Of a stretch of 64,000 bases of DNA, positions 58,027 through 64,000 are shown piece after piece (the stretch's first letter is position 1; each line of letters opens with the position of its first letter). A model generated the notes under the pieces. It saw only the letters and a list, made by a program, of their open reading frames with translations. It was not told the DNA's origin and ran no database searches. Both the position numbers and the translations under genes were made by a program. Source of the DNA: Candidatus Latescibacterota bacterium (GTDB lineage: Bacteria > Latescibacterota > UBA2968 > UBA8231); NCBI GenBank assembly GCA_964291625.2, contig OZ220089.1, positions 2,976,001 through 3,040,000 of the forward strand, in the 5' to 3' direction.

Positions 58027-60603
58027 GCTGGCCGCGTCGTGGTCCTCCCCGTCGTCGGCGTCGGAGACGTAGAGCTCGTCGAGCAGGTTGAAGACGTGAA
58101 GCCGCAGCCGGATCCTGCCGTCGCCGAAGAGATCCCGGGGCAGCCGGTAGCTGGCGTGCAGGTCCACGAGGTTGTAGTCCGGCAGCTTCCATGACTGCCT
58201 GCGGTCGGCGGGGTCGGTGCGGTTGGCCGGGTCGAACCTGGCGTAGTGATCCATGAACCGCCGGAAGCCCAGCGAGGCGTAGAGGCCGCGCGCCGGAAAA
58301 ACGGCGGCGCTCAGGGCGAGGGTTCTCTGCGCCGCGTCGCCGACCTTCAGCCCGCCGGCGTAGACTTGGAAATTGCCGACGGCCTCCGGGTCCTCCTCCG
58401 GTGAGAAGGTGACCTCCACGTCGTTGAGCCACTCCCAGTCGCCGAGGGACACCATGCCGCGCAGTTCCAGCATGGGGTGGAGGCGCGCCTTGAGGTCGAC
58501 CTCGACCCCCCTGTGCAGGGCGTCGATGCCGTTGAGCAGGAACCGGAAGCTCTGGTCGAGCTTGTCGCTGTAGATGCTCTTGGGCCAGGAGCGGTCCATC
58601 CAGCGGGTGTAGTAGAGGTTCGCGTTCCCGGTGAAGCGGCCGCGCTCGAGGTAGCCGGCCCCCAACTCGAAGGAGGCGACCTTCTCGTTGAAGGTGGGGT
58701 CGTAGCGGCTGTTGTCGTAGTGGTAGACGGAGTCGAACTTGGGCGCCGTCGACAGCCAGCCGGCGTTGGCGTAGAGGTTGACCGCGGAGGTCAGGTTGTA
58801 GTTGCCGCCCACCTTGACGGTGTAGCCGTTGAAGTTGGCCCAGCCGGTCTGGTCCCAGTCGCCGTCGACCTTGGGGCGGAAGTAGTCGATCCGCTTGTAT
58901 CCGGTGACCGACCCCGAGGCGCTGGTGAAGGCGGTCAGCTCTCCGAACCGCCCCTCGACCTGGGCGAAACTGCCGCCCCAGCGCGTGAGGCCGTCGTTGT
59001 GGAAGGAGACCTTGTCCCCAAGCCGCTTGACGGGGCTCGCGGCGTTGGCGTCCCACTGGTAGACGAAGTAGTCGGCGCCGAGCAGGTTGCGCACCTCGCG
59101 CCAGTGCTGGCCCTCGTAGTAGCGCAGGTCGGCGCCCAGGGCGAGCTTGAAGGCGCTGTTCAGGCGGTATTCGGCGGTCCCCAGGTATCCGTACCAGAAG
59201 TGGTGGTTCACCGAGTTGCGGATGATCGTCTCCGCGGCGATCTCGTCGGGACCCGCTTCTGCCGTGGTCCCGGTGTTCAGCTCCTCCGCGGCCCTCTGCC
59301 AGTCGATGCTGCCGTCGGCCCGCTGGCCGGGGTTGGTCCCCAGGCGCCCGGAGCCGCCGCCCTTGCCGCGGGAGAAGTAGAAGACGTTGGACAGGACCAT
59401 CCGTTCGGAGGGGGTCCAGTACCAGTTGAGGTTGACCTGCGGCTTGTGGTAGTAGTTCTCGCGCTCCATCAGGACCGCGCTGTCCCGTGCGTCGTGGATC
59501 TCGCCGTTGTAGTACTCCCGGTAGGACGGGAACGGCGACCGGCCCCAGTTGGGGTTGAAGGTGGCGCCGCGGCTTTCGGAGTCCGTCACGTCGATCCCGA
59601 GGGAGCGCGCGTAGTCGGCGTCGAAGGTGGCGATGGACTGCTTGTAGAGGCGCTGCCCGTGGCGCTGCGGGGCGCCGGCGACGAAGAGGTCGATCTTGTG
59701 CTCGTTGGAGGCCAGGAAGCTCAGGGCGGCGAAGTAGGACCAGGCCGACGTCCACGTCTGGTCGGGAATGCCGTCGCCGGTCTTGCGGGTGAGGCCGAGG
59801 GTGAAGGCGGTCCGGCCCTTCATCAACCCGGAGGAGAAGCCGACCCGGGTCTTGTAGAAGGCGCCGCTTCCGGCCTCCTGCCTGATCCGGAATCCGCGCC
59901 GCGCGCCGGCGATGTCGGTGATGATGTTCAGGGTGCCGCCCACCGAGGCGATGGCGAGGTTCGAGGCCCCCAGCCCGCGCTGCACCTGGACCGACGACGT
60001 GGCATCCCCGAGGCCGTCGAAGTTCGACCAGTAGACCCAGCCGTTCTCCATGTCGTTGACGGGCACGCCGTTGATCATGACGGCGACGTTGCGCTGGTCG
60101 AACCCCCGGAGGTTGATGCGGGTATCGCCGGCGCCCCCGCCCTGCCCGGTGGCGTACACACCCGGCGTGTCGTCCAGGATCAGTGGCAGGTCCCGGGAGC
60201 CGAGCCTGCGGTCCACCTCCTCCTTGGGAACGTCCGAGAAAGCGACCGGTGTCTCCCGCAGTCTGGCCCGGTCGGCTACGACCACCATCTCCTGGCCCAG
60301 AAACACCTCGGGCACCAGCTCGACGAGCAGATCCATGTCGCCGGCCGCGACGAGGACCGCCCGGCGGAACTCCTCGTACCCGATGAAGCTCGCCACCAGG
60401 GTATCGCTGCCGGCGGCGACGCCGCTGATCTCGAATGCCCCGTCGGGACCGGTCGTGGTGCCCCGGTCGGCGCTCTCCAGGTACACATTCGCGCCCGGCA
60501 TGGGGTCTCCGGTTTCCGCGTCGAACACCCGACCCTTCAACACGGCGGCGGACAGGGTGGAGTGGGCGAACAGCAGGGTGAGAGCGAGAAAGATCCGTTT
60601 CAT
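57967..60603 (-). CDS. TonB-dependent receptor with N-terminal carboxypeptidase-regulatory-like domain
   Basis: Signal peptide, GRVFDAETGDPMPGANV, plug INLRGFDQRNVAVMINGVPVND, FNLLDELY, terminal amphipathic beta-strand. Confidence 0.93.
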   Translation of the reverse strand: MKRIFLALTLLFAHSTLSAAVLKGRVFDAETGDPMPGANVYLESADRGTTTGPDGAFEISGVAAGSDTLVASFIGYEEFRRAVLVAAGDMDLLVELVPEVFLGQEMVVVADRARLRETPVAFSDVPKEEVDRRLGSRDLPLILDDTPGVYATGQGGGAGDTRINLRGFDQRNVAVMINGVPVNDMENGWVYWSNFDGLGDATSSVQVQRGLGASNLAIASVGGTLNIITDIAGARRGFRIRQEAGSGAFYKTRVGFSSGLMKGRTAFTLGLTRKTGDGIPDQTWTSAWSYFAALSFLASNEHKIDLFVAGAPQRHGQRLYKQSIATFDADYARSLGIDVTDSESRGATFNPNWGRSPFPSYREYYNGEIHDARDSAVLMERENYYHKPQVNLNWYWTPSERMVLSNVFYFSRGKGGGSGRLGTNPGQRADGSIDWQRAAEELNTGTTAEAGPDEIAAETIIRNSVNHHFWYGYLGTAEYRLNSAFKLALGADLRYYEGQHWREVRNLLGADYFVYQWDANAASPVKRLGDKVSFHNDGLTRWGGSFAQVEGRFGELTAFTSASGSVTGYKRIDYFRPKVDGDWDQTGWANFNGYTVKVGGNYNLTSAVNLYANAGWLSTAPKFDSVYHYDNSRYDPTFNEKVASFELGAGYLERGRFTGNANLYYTRWMDRSWPKSIYSDKLDQSFRFLLNGIDALHRGVEVDLKARLHPMLELRGMVSLGDWEWLNDVEVTFSPEEDPEAVGNFQVYAGGLKVGDAAQRTLALSAAVFPARGLYASLGFRRFMDHYARFDPANRTDPADRRQSWKLPDYNLVDLHASYRLPRDLFGDGRIRLRLHVFNLLDELYVSDADDGEDHDAASARVFLGLPRRWNLSLSYEI

Positions 60604-60697
60604 CAAGGTCTCGGCGGCAAGGGATGGTTGCGCGCCGGCGCGGCGCACACGGGAGACGGCGTAAGGTAGTATTCTCGGCGATCTCGAAGTCGGTCGG

Positions 60698-61588
60698 TTA
60701 CTCTGCCGCGGCGCCCCGGGGGCTCGAAACCCCGACGCCGAACCGCTCTTCGAAGGCCGACCAGATCTCCGCGGGCACCTCCTGGGTGGCCGCGTCGTGC
60801 GCGTCCTGGAGCTGGTGGCGGTCGGCGGGGCCGCTCATGACGATGCCGTCGACCGGCGCGTCGAGACAGAACTGCATGGCCAAGTGCTTGATGTCCACGT
60901 CCCGCTCGCGGCACCACTCCCACATGGCGTGGGCCCGCGGCTCGGCGGCCCGGTCCGGCTCGACGCCGGTGAGGCGGCCCATGCCGAAGACGCTGGCCAG
61001 GATCAGGCCGGTGCCGTGTTCCCGGGCCAAGGCCATGGTGGTGCCGGCGGCGGACTGGTCCAGCAATGTGTAGTCGAGAAAGGTGAGGACGATCTCGGCG
61101 TGGCCCGCTTCGATGGCGGCGCGGTGGAAGTCGTGCTGGCGGACCCCCAGGCCGATGTGCCGCACCAGGCCCTCCTCCTTCATCCGCTGCAGCTCGTCGA
61201 AGGCGCGTCCGGGGCCCAGCGGGTCGGCGATGTCGGCCGGGTCGTGGACGAGGACGGCATCGAGATAGTCGACGCGCAGCGCCCGCAGGCTCTGCTCGAC
61301 GCTCCAGCGCGTGGCCTCGGCCGAGAAGTCCTTGGGACGCTCGTGATGGGGGCCGACCTTGGCCTGCATGTAGTAGCTCGACCGCTCGACGCCGGCCAGC
61401 GCCCGGCCCCAGCGCTCCTCGTTGCGGCCGGCGTAGCTGTCGAAGTAGTCTATCCCCAGGTCGAGGGCGCGCTCGATGGTGGCGATGGTCTCGTCCTCCG
61501 CCACGTGGCTGACGAAGGCCGCGCCCATGCCGAGGGCCCGGGGCCGCATGCCGGTGCGGCCCATCCTGCGGCGCGGAAGCTCGCTCAT
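60698..61588 (-). CDS. Aldo/keto reductase
   Basis: RRMGRTG...LGMGA, GIDYFDSY, SVEQSLRALRVDYLDAVLVHDP, G.VRHIGLG. Confidence 0.9.
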   Translation of the reverse strand: MSELPRRRMGRTGMRPRALGMGAAFVSHVAEDETIATIERALDLGIDYFDSYAGRNEERWGRALAGVERSSYYMQAKVGPHHERPKDFSAEATRWSVEQSLRALRVDYLDAVLVHDPADIADPLGPGRAFDELQRMKEEGLVRHIGLGVRQHDFHRAAIEAGHAEIVLTFLDYTLLDQSAAGTTMALAREHGTGLILASVFGMGRLTGVEPDRAAEPRAHAMWEWCRERDVDIKHLAMQFCLDAPVDGIVMSGPADRHQLQDAHDAATQEVPAEIWSAFEERFGVGVSSPRGAAAE

Positions 61589-61633
61589 GCTCTTCCTCCC
61601 TTCCCGGTGAAATGTGTGATGAACTGCCGAGTC

Positions 61634-62173
61634 ATGCTGAACGCTTCCGACACGGCTCTGGCCGTCATCGACGTGCAGGGCAAGCTGGCGACCCTGATGC
61701 ACGACCGGGAGAGCCTCTACCGCAACCTGCAGATCCTGGTGCGCGGGGCCCGCGTCCTCGAGCTGCCGGTGCTGTGGCTGGAGCAGTATCCCGAGGGCCT
61801 GGGGCCGACGATCCCCGAGGTCGCCGAGCTGCTGAGCGGCCAGGAGCCGCTGGCCAAGACCTGCTTCAGCGCCTGGGGCCAGCCGGACTTCGCGCGCCTC
61901 CTCGAGGAGAGCGGACGGCGGCAGGTCCTGGTGGCCGGCATCGAGACCCACATCTGCGTCTACCAGACGGTCCGCGACCTCCGGGGCCGCGGCTACGAGG
62001 TGGAGGTGGTGGAGGACGCCGTCTCCTCGCGCACGGCCCAGAACAAGCGCGTGGGGCTGGACAAGGCGAGAGCAGCCGGCGCCGGGATCACCTCGGTCGA
62101 GACGGCCCTCTTCGAGCTGCTGCGCGAGGCCGGGAACCCCGGGTTCCGGGAGATCGCCCGCCTGGTGAAGTGA
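61634..62173 (+). CDS. Isochorismatase family hydrolase
   Basis: LAVIDVQ, EQYPEGLGPT, KTCFSA, GIETHICVYQT, DAVSSR. Confidence 0.92.
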   Translation: MLNASDTALAVIDVQGKLATLMHDRESLYRNLQILVRGARVLELPVLWLEQYPEGLGPTIPEVAELLSGQEPLAKTCFSAWGQPDFARLLEESGRRQVLVAGIETHICVYQTVRDLRGRGYEVEVVEDAVSSRTAQNKRVGLDKARAAGAGITSVETALFELLREAGNPGFREIARLVK

Positions 62174-62183
62174 GCCGCCCGGC

Positions 62184-63425
62184 TCACCCGAACAGCTCGC
62201 GGTACTCTCTGTCGAAATCCTCGGAGCCGTCGTCGAGGCGGTAGTCGAGGGAGATCCCCGGCAGGAACGGGGGCAGCCGGCCGGCGGTGAAGTCGGTGCG
62301 GTAGCCGCCGCCCGGGTGGTGGGTGCGGCGTCCGTCCGGCCAGTGGATGGTGTGGATCTGCCGCGGGTCGGGCTTGCGGTAGTCCGGATCGACGCGGAAC
62401 CCCTCGACGGCGTCCCAGTCCACCTCGACCCCCAGGCCGGGGCCGTCGGGCACGGCCACGTGCCCGCCCTCGACGGCGAACTCCTTCAGCAGCGTGTGGG
62501 AGTAGATGTTGATGCAGGGGATCGCCGGCCAGCGGGCCTGGGCGAGCACCGCGCCCAGGTGGACGGAGAACATGGTCGTCAGCCCGGTGCCGACCATCTG
62601 CAGCCAGAAGGGCATGCCGGCGTGGGCGGCCAGGGTGCCGTGGCTCATCACCTGGCTCGCCCCGCCGCCGATGACGAAGCCGTCGCACACCCCTTCGCGG
62701 ATCGCCGTCATGGGCGGGGGATTGCCGAAGTGCATGGCGATGGGGCTGCGGATCTGCCGGCGCAGGGCGGCGTTGCCGGCCACGTCCTTCTGGGGGATGG
62801 GGCTCTCCACCATGGCCAGCATGGGGTACTTCGACTCGAGGCGGGCGATGAAGGGCGCCGCCACGTCGACCCCGAGGAGCATCTCGTTGAAGTCGGCGTC
62901 GAGCTTGAAGTGGGGGGATACGGCCGCCGCCACCGCCGCCAGCTGCGCGTCGAGGTCGTGCCACGGGCGGGCCTTCACCTTCATGGTGGTGAAGCCGCCG
63001 GCCTCCGCCGCCCGGGCCTCGGCGACCCACTCCTCCGGCTTGGCGTCCTGGGACCACCAGGAGACGGGGCAGGCGTCGCGGTATTTCGGTCCCATCAGGC
63101 GGTGGCAGGGCACCCCGGCGGCCTTGCCGGCGGCGTCGAAGCAGGCCATCTGCAGGCCGGCGCCGAGGCCGTCGTCCCAGAGCAGGTCGAAGACGCTGCG
63201 GCCCCGGCTCGCCTGGACCCGCGCCTCGGCCGAGGCGCCCCAGGTGTAGCCGACGATCGTCTCGCCCACGCCGACGGCGCCGCAGGCCAGCTCGACCTTG
63301 TAGATGTCGGAGACGGACCAGCCGTTGCCGCGCACCGTCATGCGGTCGGCGCAGCGCTCGTGGAAGGGGACGTCGACGCGGATGCGCTCGACGGCGGCGA
63401 TGGTGAAGTCGGTGGGTGCGGTCAC
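62184..63425 (-). CDS. Mandelate racemase/muconate lactonizing enzyme family protein
   Basis: GVGET, FDAAGKAAGVP, MKVKARPW, DADFN, ESP, VPDGPGLGVE. GTG start after a GAGGAG RBS. Confidence 0.85.
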   Translation of the reverse strand: MTAPTDFTIAAVERIRVDVPFHERCADRMTVRGNGWSVSDIYKVELACGAVGVGETIVGYTWGASAEARVQASRGRSVFDLLWDDGLGAGLQMACFDAAGKAAGVPCHRLMGPKYRDACPVSWWSQDAKPEEWVAEARAAEAGGFTTMKVKARPWHDLDAQLAAVAAAVSPHFKLDADFNEMLLGVDVAAPFIARLESKYPMLAMVESPIPQKDVAGNAALRRQIRSPIAMHFGNPPPMTAIREGVCDGFVIGGGASQVMSHGTLAAHAGMPFWLQMVGTGLTTMFSVHLGAVLAQARWPAIPCINIYSHTLLKEFAVEGGHVAVPDGPGLGVEVDWDAVEGFRVDPDYRKPDPRQIHTIHWPDGRRTHHPGGGYRTDFTAGRLPPFLPGISLDYRLDDGSEDFDREYRELFG

Positions 63426-63772
63426 GAGGCGTACTCCTCTTCCTTCTGCAGTAGTTTGCCGAGCTGCCGGCAGGTGGTGTAGAGGCCCGCGTGGGCAACC
63501 GCGAGTCCCACAAAGGCGCCGCCCAGGAACATCTGCCAGGCGCCGTCCTGGTACCCGAGAAGGAGGTAGACGATCGCCGATAGCAGCATGAAGGGGAGCA
63601 AGTACTGGCTCTCCCTCATGTAGTTGTGGAGCCGCATCTTCACCAGGAAGCTGGCATCCGCCATCCTGGGCTCGGGACCGGGCCCGCGCACCTTGCGTAC
63701 CACCCGCGGCAGGAGCAGTACGAGCAGGAAGGGCAACAACCACAGAATAGCATAGAGGGGAAGCGCTTCCAT
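63422..63772 (-). CDS. Small hypothetical membrane protein (3 TM)
   Basis: Three hydrophobic segments. GTGA overlap with the downstream enolase-family gene. Confidence 0.6.
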   Translation of the reverse strand: MEALPLYAILWLLPFLLVLLLPRVVRKVRGPGPEPRMADASFLVKMRLHNYMRESQYLLPFMLLSAIVYLLLGYQDGAWQMFLGGAFVGLAVAHAGLYTTCRQLGKLLQKEEEYAS

Positions 63773-64000
63773 CGAGTTCCTCGCCTTCTGGAGAACTACG
63801 TGTCCGGCTTAGGCTATGCGGGCCCCGCGGGGTGATCAACCCAGCTGGCCGACAGTTGTCCCGCGCCCGCGAGTCCGCCTTCTCCCCCGCGGGTTCCCCT
63901 CGACGAGGTCGCCGAGAGCCGCTTCGTCTGCGTCCAGATGAAGCCCGGGGGCGTCCCTTCGGCGTAGTGGTCTACGCCACCTGGGGCGGGGCTACCTGAT

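Noticed and set aside
1-64000. CRISPR array, tRNA, rRNA or intact IS
   Set aside because: I saw no regularly spaced repeats, recognisable RNA genes or transposase motifs by eye. A covariance-model search could still find small RNAs.

Overview
High-GC bacterial chromosomal segment from a diderm organism (TonB-dependent receptor, lipoproteins). The mix of many enolase-superfamily and sialidase-like enzymes, an NHL-repeat protein and ectoine genes suggests a marine, possibly sponge-associated, Latescibacterota/Gemmatimonadota-like lineage; this is inference only. The backbone is catabolic and housekeeping: xylulokinase, glyA, dimethylglycine oxidase-like, M20 peptidase with MenC/NSAR, fbaB and ABC/TRAP transporters. 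It also carries an ectABCD + TRAP cluster preceded by a consensus sigma-54 promoter and an adjacent enhancer-binding protein. Three visibly lower-GC conflict-type modules sit in this backbone. (i) A 1549-aa nuclease-STAND NTPase (Avs/NLR-like) next to a decayed P4-type integrase. (ii) A tightly coupled four-gene operon at 28724-31665: Panacea/SocA-like wHTH, 3-TM protein, small PD-(D/E)XK nuclease and a TGT-like Zn-motif TIM barrel. I cannot assign it to a named system, and it is the best candidate for an undescribed one. (iii) A HipA-like kinase + HIRAN pair. Several cargo blocks are bracketed by diverged copies of the ends of neighbouring core genes (33090/35205; 45038/54434; 54172/57791), and there are internally deleted gene remnants. 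Together these point to cargo acquisition by recombination rather than by an IS. No rRNA, tRNA or CRISPR array was seen. All assignments come from reading motifs by eye; no database searches were run.
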